A stretch of DNA of 64,000 nt from Rhodothermales bacterium (GCA_017643395.1 JAEPNP010000001.1:267806-331805); one strand, 5' to 3'. Positions 1 through 9,838 are shown, counted from the stretch's first letter. Translations and numbers: made by a program. The notes: generated by a model not told the origin, from the sequence alone.

Positions 1-175
1 TGGGCGGCAGCCGATAGCATGTGCAAGGTCCGCTGCCAACCCGACAGCCGCTGACCTGATCAGCACTTTGACAATACCGCGTAACTGACTGGACGCGGTT
101 CTGGCGATTGCCCGACGCGGGCCTAGACTGGGGGGGTCGATGGTCCAGGCGTAGGTGGCAATCAACGAAGGAAGA

Positions 176-209
176 GCCCCCGGCAGTTCGGTTGCCGGGG
201 GCTTTTTTT
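176..209 (+). terminator. Rho-independent terminator (plus-strand orientation)
   Basis: Perfect 10-bp GC stem gcccccggca (176-185) / tgccgggggc (193-202), 7-nt loop, then a run of 7 T (203-209). Confidence 0.7.
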
Positions 210-273
210 GTGCACTCGGTCCCGCCTGGCGCATGCGGACCGTGCAGACGCGCGAAGCGCCTGCTCCGCGCCG

Positions 274-2184
274 CTACCGCGACTCCAGCTCGGCTCCGTG
301 CTGCAACTCGTACAGCCTGGCGTACAGCCCCTTCTCTTCGATGAGCTCCGCGTGGGAGCCAGACTCGACCAGCCGGCCCCCGTCCAGCACAAGAATGCGG
401 TCGGCGTTCTGCACCGTGGACAGTCGATGGGCAATGATGATCGTCGCAAGGTCCTCATCCGTACGGAATGAACCCTCGAGCGCCTCCTGGATGATGGCCT
501 CGGACTCGCTGTCCAGACTGGCTGTCGCCTCATCGAGGACCAGCACCCGGGCCTGTTTCAGGATGGCACGGGCGATGGCGATGCGCTGCTTCTGGCCGCC
601 CGAGAGTTTGGTGCCTCGTTCACCTATCTGCGTATCGTACCCCTCGGGCAGCTGCTGAATGAATCCATCGGCGTTGGCGAGGCGAGCAGCTTTCCGGATC
701 TCCTCCTCCGTCGCGCCCGGTCGGGCGTAGCCGATGTTCTCGCGCACACTGCCGGAAAACAGCGTCGGCTCCTGGGGCACCACGGCGATGCCGTCGCGGA
801 GCGCATCGAGATCGATGCCCCGAACGTCCTCTCCGCCTACAATGACTTCGCCGAGTTGCGGGTCATAAAGCCTAGAAAGCAGCTTGGTGACGGTGCTCTT
901 GCCAGCACCCGACGGACCGACCAGAGCAACCGTACGGTTGCGGTCCAGCACAAAGCTGAACTCCCGGAGGACCGGGGCTTCTCCTCCCGGATAGGAGAAC
1001 GTGACATCGCGAAATTCGATGGCGCCCGCAGGCAGGCGTTTGAGGTCACCACCCCGCTCCGGCTCAGCGTCCAGCAGATCCGCCACCCGCTCCAGGGCGG
1101 CCATGCCCGACTGCAGTTGGTTGTTGAAGAACATCACGGACATGATGGGCCGCTGCAACTGGCGCTGATACATGAGAAAGGCAGTGAGCTCACCCACCGT
1201 CAGCGCTTCTCCGACCACCAGCCAGCCTCCGTAGATCAGGATCACGCCGATGCCGTAGGTGGCGGTCAGCGTGATCAGGGCCTCCATCATGCCCACGTCC
1301 TTGCGACGGTCGAGGTTGAATCGCACGTAGGCGCCGTTCTCTTCGCCAAAGCGTTCTGTCTCCTCATTCTCGGCTGCGAAGGACTTCACCACCTGGATGT
1401 TGCCGATCGCTTCGCTCGCGACGGCCGTCATCTCTCCGACCCGGCCACGAATCTTTCGCGATGCCGCCCGCAGTGGGCCCTGGTAGTGACGCGTGATCCA
1501 GGCCAGGAGCGGGGTCACGACCAGATTCACCAGTGCCAGCTTCCAATTCATCACAATGACGATCACCAGCACCACCAGAATGCTGAACAGCTGGCCGGCG
1601 AGGCGGGTCGAGCCCGCCTGAATCATGCCCTCAAGAGCGTTCACGTCCGAGACCACGCGGGAGACCAGCGAGCCGGACCGCTCGTCTGCGAACCTCGATA
1701 CCGGGAGCCGAAGCAGTCGCGAGTAGGCCCGCATCCGGATGTCGCTGATGATGCCCTGAGTGAATGCAAAGCTCAGGTACATCGCCGCGTAGGACACGAA
1801 TGCGCGGATCAGGTAGAAGCCTGCATAGGCCGCGGCCAACCAGCCGAACAGCTCAAGCGAGCCGCTGGGAATGACCGTGTCGAATGCGTATCGCACGAAC
1901 TGCGGCGCGACCGTTCCCAGAGCCGCCGAAGCGCTGATGAGCGCCGACAGGGCCACGACGCGCCCGCGATACGGACGCAGCAGACGATAAAGTTGAGTCA
2001 GACTGCCACTCAGGGCACCCTGTTGATTGGACGCAGTGCTCACGCCGGAAAATCCGAACTGCGGCGGTACCAATCCGGGATCCCGGCCGTGCTGGCCTAC
2101 AGAAAACCCGAAAATGGGGCCTACCGAATATCCTGCAGTCGAAATCAGACAATTCCTACAAGGAGTCGGCATCGCATCCCACAC
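274..2184 (-). CDS. ABC transporter, fused permease/ATP-binding protein (MsbA/multidrug-exporter type)
   Basis: Walker A GPSGAGKST, ABC signature LSGGQKQRIAIARA, Walker B VLVLDEATS, H-loop IIIAHRLST. The N-terminal half is hydrophobic with 6 TM-like segments. The true start is probably the GTG at 2043 (VSTASNQQ...), because the first ~47 aa of the ORF look non-coding. Confidence 0.93.
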   Translation of the reverse strand: MWDAMPTPCRNCLISTAGYSVGPIFGFSVGQHGRDPGLVPPQFGFSGVSTASNQQGALSGSLTQLYRLLRPYRGRVVALSALISASAALGTVAPQFVRYAFDTVIPSGSLELFGWLAAAYAGFYLIRAFVSYAAMYLSFAFTQGIISDIRMRAYSRLLRLPVSRFADERSGSLVSRVVSDVNALEGMIQAGSTRLAGQLFSILVVLVIVIVMNWKLALVNLVVTPLLAWITRHYQGPLRAASRKIRGRVGEMTAVASEAIGNIQVVKSFAAENEETERFGEENGAYVRFNLDRRKDVGMMEALITLTATYGIGVILIYGGWLVVGEALTVGELTAFLMYQRQLQRPIMSVMFFNNQLQSGMAALERVADLLDAEPERGGDLKRLPAGAIEFRDVTFSYPGGEAPVLREFSFVLDRNRTVALVGPSGAGKSTVTKLLSRLYDPQLGEVIVGGEDVRGIDLDALRDGIAVVPQEPTLFSGSVRENIGYARPGATEEEIRKAARLANADGFIQQLPEGYDTQIGERGTKLSGGQKQRIAIARAILKQARVLVLDEATASLDSESEAIIQEALEGSFRTDEDLATIIIAHRLSTVQNADRILVLDGGRLVESGSHAELIEEKGLYARLYELQHGAELESR

Positions 2185-2240
2185 TGGATGCTTTGGACGT
2201 TTCGTACCGTTGGTGAAGAAAAAGCCATTGGGGGTTTGTT

Positions 2241-2432
2241 ATGCCGGCTTTACAAATGAAATCGAGTCATGCTACTCCGCGCTCTTCGGAGCGCAGTTAC
2301 CACCTGTCCTGCCAGCGATGTGGGGGCATCCTGCAGGTCTTCGGCCGACTGCTGTCTGCGACGCTGGGCACCCGGTGCTCACAGTGCGGAATGGCTACAA
2401 GGGTTCCAAACCCGCTTTCGAAGCGCAACTGA
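2241..2432 (+). CDS. Candidate small zinc-ribbon protein (63 aa); could instead be part of a non-coding leader
   Basis: The ORF has two CxxC pairs 18 aa apart (CQRCGG...CSQCG). Third-position GC is high in the central part. An intrinsic terminator lies about 70 nt downstream. I recognise no homology. Confidence 0.3.
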   Translation: MPALQMKSSHATPRSSERSYHLSCQRCGGILQVFGRLLSATLGTRCSQCGMATRVPNPLSKRN

Positions 2433-2499
2433 GCGTCGGCCGAGCCGGGGGGGCTCGGTCCCGCGATACACGTCCTCCCTTAACCGGGAGGTTGCGCCA

Positions 2500-2535
2500 G
2501 GCCCCCGGCAGAGATTGCTGCCGGGGGCCTTTTTT
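2500..2535 (+). terminator. Rho-independent terminator
   Basis: 12-bp perfect stem ggcccccggcag (2500-2511) / ctgccgggggcc (2518-2529), 6-nt loop, then T6 (2530-2535). Confidence 0.75.
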
Positions 2536-2603
2536 CTATCGCTCCGCATGTGTTTTGGCGGTGCGAATCTTCACTTCAGGAATCAGCAGATATCTATTGA
2601 ATC

Positions 2604-4280
2604 ATGTCATTGTCATTATCGCCTGCCCGCCTCCCGCGGTATGCCGCGCTTGTGCGCCTTCTGGCCAAATACGGAAGTCAGGACTGGGCCAAGGGAGCGG
2701 GCCTGGAGGGCTCGCTTCGGGATGAAGAGGATCTCCCTGGAGATTCAAAGCCCGCTGAACTCGCCGCCGATCTGGAAGAACTCGGCCCCACATTCATCAA
2801 ACTGGGGCAATTGCTTTCGTCGCGGGTAGACTTGCTGCCTCAGCCGTATGTCGAAGCGCTTCAGCGCCTGCAGGATGAGGTGAAGCCCATTCCCTTCGAG
2901 GAGGTGGAGCGGATTGTCTGTGAGTCGCTGGGCGTGCGACTCTCGAAAGCCTTTGGGCGCTTCGAGGAGACACCGCTGGCGGCTGCCTCACTCGGACAGG
3001 TGCATCGTGCTACGCTTCGCGACGGACGCGAAGTCGTGGTCAAAGTGCAGCGGCCCGGGATTCGTGAGACCATCCTCAAGGACCTCGATGCGCTGGCTGA
3101 CGTCGCCGATCTGATTGATGAGCGATTGGACGCCGCACGTGGACTCGCGGTGACAGGCATGCTCAATGAGTTCCGGGACACGCTGGTGCGCGAATTGGAC
3201 TTCCGCCTTGAGGCAAACAATCTCGACACCATGCGCGACCTGGTCGCCGGATCGAGCGAGGTGATCGTACCGGAACCCATTCACGACTATTGCTCGGATA
3301 CGGTCCTGACCATGGACTACGTGGATGGCACAAAAATCACCGACGTTTCGCCGGTTGCGCTCCTGGAGGTAGACCGCAAGGGACTGTGCGCGGCGCTCGC
3401 CGACGTGTATCTCGACGGCATGCTCGCGCACGGCTTCTACCACACGGATCCGCATCCTGGGAACGTGTTTCTCACCCGGGATGGGAAGTTGGCGTTGCTC
3501 GACCTCGGTCAGGTGGCGCGACTCGATCCTACCCAGCGGGAGGGGCTCCTTCGGCTGCTTCTCGCCGCCAGCGAAGGCCAGGGCCACGAAGCCGCCCAGG
3601 CGGGTCTGGCGCTGGGCACTCCGCTGGAGTGGTTTGACCGGGACAAATACACCCGGGAGGTGTCGGCTCTGGTTGTCCGGCATCGGGATGCGACTCTGGA
3701 AGCCATGAGCCCCGGCGTCGTGGCGGTCCAGCTGGCGAGGGTTTCCGCGGAAAACGGTCTGCGACCTTCGCCGGAGCTCTCAATTCTTGGCAAGACGCTG
3801 CTGCAGCTGGATCAGGTCACGCGTCTTCTCGATCCGACATTTGATCCGGGAGCGGCGATTCGGCGTAGGGCCAATCGCCTGATGAAGCAGACCATGATCT
3901 CGAGCTTATCGCCGGGGAACGTCTTCCGAACGCTCCTGGAGGCTCAGGATCTTGTACGAGAGGCGCCTAATCGCGTCAACGCGATCCTGAAAGATCTTGC
4001 CGAGCGCGAGTTTGAGGTACGGGTGCGCGCCTTTGACGAAGTCCGCCTTCTGGCCAACCTGAACCGCATCTCGGACAGAATCTCGCTGGCCATCGTGGTC
4101 GCTGCGCTTGTGATCGGCGCTGCGCTCCTGATGCGGGTCGAGACCAGCTTCACGCTGCTGGGCTACCCAGGCATTGCGATGGTGGTATTTCTGCTGGCAG
4201 CGACCTGCGGGTTTGTGCTCATCGTCCATCTGTTCAGGGGTGCAGATCGCAACCCACGAGACAGGGCGCGGCCGGCCTGA
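2604..4280 (+). CDS. ABC1/UbiB (AarF) atypical kinase family protein
   Basis: ABC1 motifs: AASLGQVHRA, KVQRPG, HTDPHPGNVF, LLDLGQV. Two C-terminal TM helices. 558 aa, typical for the family. Confidence 0.9.
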   Translation: MSLSLSPARLPRYAALVRLLAKYGSQDWAKGAGLEGSLRDEEDLPGDSKPAELAADLEELGPTFIKLGQLLSSRVDLLPQPYVEALQRLQDEVKPIPFEEVERIVCESLGVRLSKAFGRFEETPLAAASLGQVHRATLRDGREVVVKVQRPGIRETILKDLDALADVADLIDERLDAARGLAVTGMLNEFRDTLVRELDFRLEANNLDTMRDLVAGSSEVIVPEPIHDYCSDTVLTMDYVDGTKITDVSPVALLEVDRKGLCAALADVYLDGMLAHGFYHTDPHPGNVFLTRDGKLALLDLGQVARLDPTQREGLLRLLLAASEGQGHEAAQAGLALGTPLEWFDRDKYTREVSALVVRHRDATLEAMSPGVVAVQLARVSAENGLRPSPELSILGKTLLQLDQVTRLLDPTFDPGAAIRRRANRLMKQTMISSLSPGNVFRTLLEAQDLVREAPNRVNAILKDLAEREFEVRVRAFDEVRLLANLNRISDRISLAIVVAALVIGAALLMRVETSFTLLGYPGIAMVVFLLAATCGFVLIVHLFRGADRNPRDRARPA

Positions 4281-4480
4281 GGGCCTGGCCCCTGGCGGCC
4301 GGCATCCCCGTCCCCGGTGGCATTAGTTGCGACGGAAATCTGCTGTCCACTAGTGGCCCATCAGCGTGATCTATTCGGGCGATGCGGTCAGTGCGGGAGA
4401 AAAAATCTGTAGCGCTGTTAGTTGCCGGCGACCGCCGCCCTGCGGTTACATTCCTGAGCACTCGATCAGGTGATCTGGCT

Positions 4481-5215
4481 ATGCAGAATCCGTTTGCTCC
4501 CGGTGTCGGCGGCGTGCTCAGTGCTGACATTGCCGTACCCGAACACGAGGCAGAGCTTCGGTTCTACGCTAGAATCCTGACAACCGGAGGCTCCCCGCTC
4601 TGGCGGAAGGACCTGATGAACAATAGGGGCATGCCGATCATCGGGCTGGGTAAGCGCATGCCAGAGTACAAGGCCCTGCCGATGCAGTGGATGCCGCACC
4701 TCCAGGTGGCGGATGTGGGGGCCTGTGCTTCGCGAGCTGTTGAGCTTGGGGGCAGTGAGTTGATGCACGGCCGGGACGCTGAGGGACGGAGTCAGTGGGC
4801 TGTACTGACGGATCCGAGCGGGGAAGCATTTGGGTTGGTCCCGGTGATTGAGGCTGAGCTAGCCGTCGTCGAGGGGACGGGGCGTATCTCGTCCCTGACG
4901 CTTGTGGCTGCGGATGTCCCCGCGACGAGCCTGTTCTACCAGGAAGTCGTCGGGTGGTCGGCGGCTCAGGGTGCCGATGGCATATTTCGCATTGTGCGGC
5001 CCGATGGTGGGACGTCCGCTGAAATCCTGGTTTCGGGCGATGGGGCTCAGGGTGTCCCGTCGGTCTGGCTGATCGGATTGCCTGTTGGCGACCTGGACGA
5101 GAGCCTCCGTCGCACGGGAGAGGGGGGCGGCGAAGTTGTGTGGCGCTCCGTCCCGACGGATCGCGCCGTGGTAAGGGACCCGGTTGGCGTTTGCCTGGTG
5201 ATCGAAGGCAGGTGA
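4481..5215 (+). CDS. VOC (glyoxalase/bleomycin-resistance fold) family protein, two-domain
   Basis: Two repeated beta-alpha-beta-beta-beta-like halves, ending ...WAVLTDPSGEAFGLV and ...RAVVRDPVGVCLVI, typical of VOC modules. Start chosen at the ATG at 4481 (MQNPFAP). Confidence 0.6.
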   Translation: MQNPFAPGVGGVLSADIAVPEHEAELRFYARILTTGGSPLWRKDLMNNRGMPIIGLGKRMPEYKALPMQWMPHLQVADVGACASRAVELGGSELMHGRDAEGRSQWAVLTDPSGEAFGLVPVIEAELAVVEGTGRISSLTLVAADVPATSLFYQEVVGWSAAQGADGIFRIVRPDGGTSAEILVSGDGAQGVPSVWLIGLPVGDLDESLRRTGEGGGEVVWRSVPTDRAVVRDPVGVCLVIEGR

Positions 5216-5236
5216 GCCGGAGTCACTTGAGACCCC

Positions 5237-6496
5237 TTAGAGGGTCACGGCTGCGCGACTGGCTCGAAAAGCAGGGAGCACAAACTCCTCCAAGATCGTC
5301 GCAGTGTGGTCCTTCGAGACGTAGCTACCTCCCGTTAACACGACAACTGCGCTCTGATCCGGGAAGACGACGATCCTCTGCCCTCCCCAACCGAAGGCCC
5401 AGAACGCGGGGAATCGCGAGCCAGAGTGAGAGTACTCGTGGGTCCACCACGCGTAGGAGTAGCCTCGCTGACCCCACGTGTTGTCTCCAGGCGGAATAGA
5501 GCGCAGGAAGTAGTTGAACCAACTGTTGTTGGGCCCGGCGTAGGAGGCGGCACTACGCCCGATCCACCCCTCGGAGAGAATACGCTGGCCGTTCCAAACG
5601 CCGCCGTTGAGGTAAGCGACCCCGAACTTGATCATTTCCCTGGAAGTCAAGCGTTGATCCCCGGCCGCATAAACCACGCCGCTATCTCCGATCCAGCCCC
5701 ATTCAGGGGGGTCTATGCCCATCGGCGAGAACAGGTACTCGCCTGCAAACGCTTCGATATCCAGGTTTGTGGCGCTCCTGACGATCTCGCCTAGCAGGAT
5801 GCTGTTGCCGCCGCTGTAGGTGAAGTCGGTTCCTGGTTCACTGATCAGAGGTTTTGCCAGGATGCATGCCACCGGATCCTCGCAGTCCATCCAGAGAGCG
5901 ATCACGTCATTTCGCTCGTCGGAATACGATGTGCGCCATTCATCCCATTCCAACCCCGAGGTCATGGTGAGCAGATGCTCAATGGTTATCTGGCGTTTTC
6001 CATCGGTTTTGAGGTGCTGGTGTCTTGGCAGGTAGTCAAATATGGACTGATCCACGCTTTCGATGAACCCCCGATCAACAGCAATACCGACGCAGGCAGA
6101 GGTAATGCTCTTTCCTGCAGAATGGATGTTGTGCTCGGTATCCCACCCCCATTCCACCAAGGCCCCCTGGAAATCGGGCCCGTCCCACTGGTAGTCGTGA
6201 CCGACGAAATACTCCTCGACGACCAGTTTGCTGTCCTTGTAGATGAGCAGGGAGTGAATCTCGCCGTACTTGCCCTTACCAATGCCATCGACGGCACGTC
6301 CAACCGGCACTGGATCCATCCTGACCTCCTCCAGAGTGCCGACTTCAAGGCCATCTTGGCGGTTCTCAGGTTCGCTGATGGTGTACAGGCTGGATGGAGG
6401 TGAACCACAACCAGTCAGCAGGATCGCACAGATCGCGGCGGCTGGAATGGCTGCAACACTCCAGGATGCGCGTAGTCGAGTCGCGAGGTCGTTCAC
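5237..6496 (-). CDS. Serine hydrolase, beta-lactamase (class C/PBP4-like) family lipoprotein
   Basis: Lipobox LLTGC at the N-terminus. SxxK motif (SAGKS). 419 aa, with general similarity to beta-lactamase-related serine hydrolases. Confidence 0.85.
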   Translation of the reverse strand: MNDLATRLRASWSVAAIPAAAICAILLTGCGSPPSSLYTISEPENRQDGLEVGTLEEVRMDPVPVGRAVDGIGKGKYGEIHSLLIYKDSKLVVEEYFVGHDYQWDGPDFQGALVEWGWDTEHNIHSAGKSITSACVGIAVDRGFIESVDQSIFDYLPRHQHLKTDGKRQITIEHLLTMTSGLEWDEWRTSYSDERNDVIALWMDCEDPVACILAKPLISEPGTDFTYSGGNSILLGEIVRSATNLDIEAFAGEYLFSPMGIDPPEWGWIGDSGVVYAAGDQRLTSREMIKFGVAYLNGGVWNGQRILSEGWIGRSAASYAGPNNSWFNYFLRSIPPGDNTWGQRGYSYAWWTHEYSHSGSRFPAFWAFGWGGQRIVVFPDQSAVVVLTGGSYVSKDHTATILEEFVLPAFRASRAAVTL

Positions 6497-6553
6497 CTGT
6501 CAGAAGGGCGGATTGGTCCGGGCCGGATTCCCGGCCGATTCTCACCAGTCACC

Positions 6554-6931
6554 TCAGGTAGCGATGGCGGTGCCGGAGCCGGCTATTACCTGCCATTCGC
6601 CCCCCTTCGACCGGGCCCAAACGCGGATGTAACGGAAGTCTCCCTTGAAGGGGTTCCGCTGCCATGTGCCGGTAAGGTGGACTCGGGTAGTCGTGACAAA
6701 GTTCGAGCCCACCCTGGCGATGTGGTCCTCAGAGTAGTCGGCCGCCGCAATGCTGATGGTCCCGGTGCGGTGGGACTCCAGGTCTGCCTGTTTCGTGAGA
6801 ACGGCGCCCGAGGGGATGACGAAGACCAGATCCTGATGGATCAAGTCTTCCAGGTCGGGTATCGAACTCTGGGCGATGGCCGCCCGGATTTGGAGTTCGC
6901 GTTGCCAGACTTCGTGCTCTGTGGCGTTCAT
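6554..6931 (-). CDS. SnoaL-like / DUF4440 (NTF2-fold) protein
   Basis: 125 aa with the NTF2-like pattern (...FVIPSGAVL...; ...YIRVWARSKGGEWQVIA). Confidence 0.6.
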   Translation of the reverse strand: MNATEHEVWQRELQIRAAIAQSSIPDLEDLIHQDLVFVIPSGAVLTKQADLESHRTGTISIAAADYSEDHIARVGSNFVTTTRVHLTGTWQRNPFKGDFRYIRVWARSKGGEWQVIAGSGTAIAT

Positions 6932-6943
6932 TGGGTTATCTGG

Positions 6944-7642
6944 TCAGACGCGGATCAGGATCGAGGTAAAGAAGTGCTGCTGACTCGGTTCGACATCCAG
7001 CCGTGAGAGAGACGCGTCCATTGGGATCGTGCCGAAGTCTTCCGCGCTGAGGTCAACCCCGTTCAGTTTTCGGAACGATGTGCGAATCCCAACCCGCTCG
7101 TGGAAGGCCCACTCCAGACCGGCGGTAAGCTGAACGGCCCCATAGCGCTTTGGTCCGGAGCCGTTGGCAAACTCCTCCAGGGGCACGCCATCCAATCTCA
7201 CCGACTGGTGGTTTGCAGAGTAACCGACGGCTCCGTAGGCAAGGATCGACTTGGTGAGCAGCACACCTGCCCGCACATCCAGCCCAACGCTCGCCCCTCG
7301 CAGTACGTCCATCTCCGAAAAACCGATCACCGCCGGATCGAACGTATATGGATCCGGATCCGGGGCGTCGGTGAACATCAGTTCCGCTCCCAGCAACAGG
7401 CGATCGCGAAGATGGTTGTAGCCGACGGCTGCTCCGTAACCCACTCCTCCTCGGCCGGCAGGGTCATCCACCCCATCGAACGTGATTTGGGTGTTGTAGC
7501 TCATCGCTCCGCCCTCAACGCCGATGTAGAAACCCCGGAAGTCGCTGGACTCTTGCCCAATCGCGATCGACGGAATTAGGAGGGCCAATAGCGCCAGCGA
7601 GGCGAGTCGGAATGCCGGAGTGCTGCGTGGTAAGCGAGTCAT
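6944..7642 (-). CDS. Outer-membrane beta-barrel (porin/OmpA-like barrel) protein
   Basis: Signal peptide, alternating amphipathic beta-strand pattern, G/Y-rich turns, aromatic-rich C-terminal strand. Confidence 0.7.
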   Translation of the reverse strand: MTRLPRSTPAFRLASLALLALLIPSIAIGQESSDFRGFYIGVEGGAMSYNTQITFDGVDDPAGRGGVGYGAAVGYNHLRDRLLLGAELMFTDAPDPDPYTFDPAVIGFSEMDVLRGASVGLDVRAGVLLTKSILAYGAVGYSANHQSVRLDGVPLEEFANGSGPKRYGAVQLTAGLEWAFHERVGIRTSFRKLNGVDLSAEDFGTIPMDASLSRLDVEPSQQHFFTSILIRV

Positions 7643-7919
7643 GGTTAGAAGTTGTCGGCCACAATCCGGTCCACATCGACAATGAGGTCCCGACGAGGTT
7701 GTGTCGATGGTCTCATCTCAGGATGCTGTCTTGTTGGGGAGTCGCGCGAGTTCTATTTAGATGCTGGCGCCGACCGATGCCATTCGAATCGGGCGAGCGA
7801 CGGAGGGGGAGATCCAATCGCCGCTGGCAAAAGCCGGCGGTTTCGCATACGCAATCATTCAGGATCCGGTGGGTGCTTCGGGCTCGTTCCCGGGTACCTC
7901 CGACCGGACACCCAGCAGC

Positions 7920-8282
7920 ATGACCCACTATGTCGACGGTTTCGCTTTCCCTGTCCTTCGTGCCCACCTGGACGAATACGAGCGCGTAGCAAGCTTGATC
8001 GCGGGGGTCTGGAAGGAGCATGGTGCCCTGGACTACGCCGAGTGGCTTGGAGACGACCTGAACGTGGAAGGCACTCGCCCCTTTACGGATGCCCTTGGCG
8101 TCACTGAGGACGAAGTCGTCGTGTTCGGCTGGATCACGTTCGAGTCACGAGAGGCGCGTGATCGCATCCACAACAAGGTGGCCACCGACCCCCGTGTGAC
8201 GGAATGGATGGAATCCGCCGATATCGGTTTCGACCCGAGTCGCATGGCGTATGGCGGGTTCAAGCCGCTGATTCGCCGCTGA
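7920..8282 (+). CDS. DUF1428 family protein
   Basis: MTHYVDGFAFPV... and ...VVFGWITFESREARDRIHNKV match my memory of the DUF1428 (YbaA-like) family. Start chosen at the ATG at 7920. Confidence 0.7.
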   Translation: MTHYVDGFAFPVLRAHLDEYERVASLIAGVWKEHGALDYAEWLGDDLNVEGTRPFTDALGVTEDEVVVFGWITFESREARDRIHNKVATDPRVTEWMESADIGFDPSRMAYGGFKPLIRR

Positions 8283-8354
8283 TGGGCTAGCACGCTGCCC
8301 CATGGGTTCTGTGAAGGCAGGGCGCCTCGTGCCGCCGGACCGCCGCCCCCCGCC

Positions 8355-8573
8355 TCACGACTCAGTATGTATCCAGTCGCGGGCCTTCTCGCGGCGTTTC
8401 TCGTCCGCGACGTACTTGTCGGCACCCCACTTGAGAAGCTTCTTGGTGCGAGGGGCCGTGAACAGGTAGGAGGCCGCGGCAAATCCGCCGGCGATGCCCA
8501 GGACGGTGCCGATCATGCCGGGCAGAGTGAATGCCCCGGCGATCAGGGCTACGGTGAGGATGAGCTTGCGCAT
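8355..8573 (-). CDS. Small membrane protein (hypothetical)
   Basis: 72 aa with two hydrophobic helices and then a basic tail. High third-position GC. Confidence 0.45.
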   Translation of the reverse strand: MRKLILTVALIAGAFTLPGMIGTVLGIAGGFAAASYLFTAPRTKKLLKWGADKYVADEKRREKARDWIHTES

Positions 8574-8642
8574 GGAATCAGGGGCTGATTCTCCCGCCTA
8601 CGGGGTCAACCCCGAGAGGTGACGCCCGAGGTCGCCATCCCA

Positions 8643-9830
8643 TCACGATTCCTCGTTTGGCCAGCCCTCCGAGCGACTGAGTGCATCAAGGATTTCCTGG
8701 TTCAGGTCGCCCCCCCGCGCCCCATTCGTGAACACCACAGCCCCATCCCCGCTCTCGAGGTAGACGATGAAGTAGGCCCGGTAGGATTCGTTGGCTCCCC
8801 CATGACGGTAGAACCGGGTCGAGCCCTCACCGCCCAGCTGCGGCCCTAGCCCGTAGGAGCCGGGCGCGACCTCGGTCATCAGGTCCCGGGCAAGTTCCTG
8901 CGACAGGAAACTGTCCGACTCTCCCAACCATGCATCTCGAAAAGCGATGAGCATCCTGGCGTATTCGGTCGGGGTAGTCCAGAGTCCCGACGCCGCTGAT
9001 TCCGGGAACGCCTCCCAGCCTCGGGGGAGCGCTGAAGGGTTGCCGCGGCGATCATGTGCCCGCGCGATGTTGCCATGGGCTGCCGGAAGGGGTTGCACGT
9101 AGGTGCTCCGGTCCATGCCTAGCGGCTCGAACACCCAGGTCCGCGCCGCTTCCGCGAAGCTGGTGCCCGTGACATCTTCGATGATCAGTTGTTGGACCGT
9201 TGTGCCGCCTCCAGAATAGCGCCACAGCGTTCCCGGCTCCGTATCGACAACGATCGCCCGGCTCTTGGCAGGACCATCGCCGTTCAGGATTTGCACCGTG
9301 GTCGGCAGATCCTCACCGGGTTGGAAGTCGGCAAAACCATGCACTGTGGTCCCGGCCGTATGAGACATCAACCGGCGGAGGGTAACCGGGCTGTCTTCGC
9401 TGTAGGCATTCTCCGGGATGGACCACGACGTGAGGTAGCCGTCCACGTCGTCGTCGAGGCTGACCCGGCCTGCGTCTGCAAGGCGCAGGCTTGTCGCCGC
9501 GGCGCCGACCTTGCTCAGCGAGCCGACTGAAAACACGGTCTCCGCGTCCACCTGCTCCGAAGTACCGGACAGTTTTACACCGAAGCCCTCAGCCCAGGCG
9601 AGGTCCCCGTCGCGCAGCACGGCCACGCTGACACCGGGAACGCCATAGTGCTCCATGCGCTCGACCAGCGATGCGGGCTCGCCGCCTTCCTCCGGCCTCA
9701 AATCGTAGATGAGTGTATCGGCCCCCGCGCCAACGCCGACGCCGACACCCTCATGGAGGGACGGCTTGCACGCGAAAACAAGAAGGATGGCCGGCACAAG
9801 GCCACACAGCACGGGAAAGGATCGGGTCAT
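8643..9830 (-). CDS. Serine hydrolase, beta-lactamase family lipoprotein
   Basis: Start at the ATG at 9830 (MTRSFPVLCG...). Lipobox LVFAC. SxxK motif (SLSKV). The ORF-track N-terminal extension overlaps the upstream gene and is rejected. Confidence 0.85.
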   Translation of the reverse strand: MTRSFPVLCGLVPAILLVFACKPSLHEGVGVGVGAGADTLIYDLRPEEGGEPASLVERMEHYGVPGVSVAVLRDGDLAWAEGFGVKLSGTSEQVDAETVFSVGSLSKVGAAATSLRLADAGRVSLDDDVDGYLTSWSIPENAYSEDSPVTLRRLMSHTAGTTVHGFADFQPGEDLPTTVQILNGDGPAKSRAIVVDTEPGTLWRYSGGGTTVQQLIIEDVTGTSFAEAARTWVFEPLGMDRSTYVQPLPAAHGNIARAHDRRGNPSALPRGWEAFPESAASGLWTTPTEYARMLIAFRDAWLGESDSFLSQELARDLMTEVAPGSYGLGPQLGGEGSTRFYRHGGANESYRAYFIVYLESGDGAVVFTNGARGGDLNQEILDALSRSEGWPNEES

Positions 9831-9838
9831 GGGTATTC

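Noticed and set aside
856-2259. 467-aa plus-strand ORF. The same applies to 12907..14070, 18449..19816, 58580..59833, 59529..60443, 61266..62039, 54550..55215, 56574..57524 and 31251..31934.
   Set aside because: All run antisense to, or out of frame with, genes that carry strong family motifs (ABC exporter, metalloprotease, FtsX permease, NupC, PcrA, L,D-transpeptidase, NfeD, K+ channel). Their R/G/P/H-rich sequences have no recognisable domains.
2185-2540. Tested as SRP RNA, 6S RNA or RNase P RNA
   Set aside because: The conserved cores I know (e.g. GGAAGGAAGCAGCC-like SRP domain IV, GAGGAAAGUCCGG of RNase P) are not present. It is kept only as a generic candidate leader, sRNA or micro-ORF.
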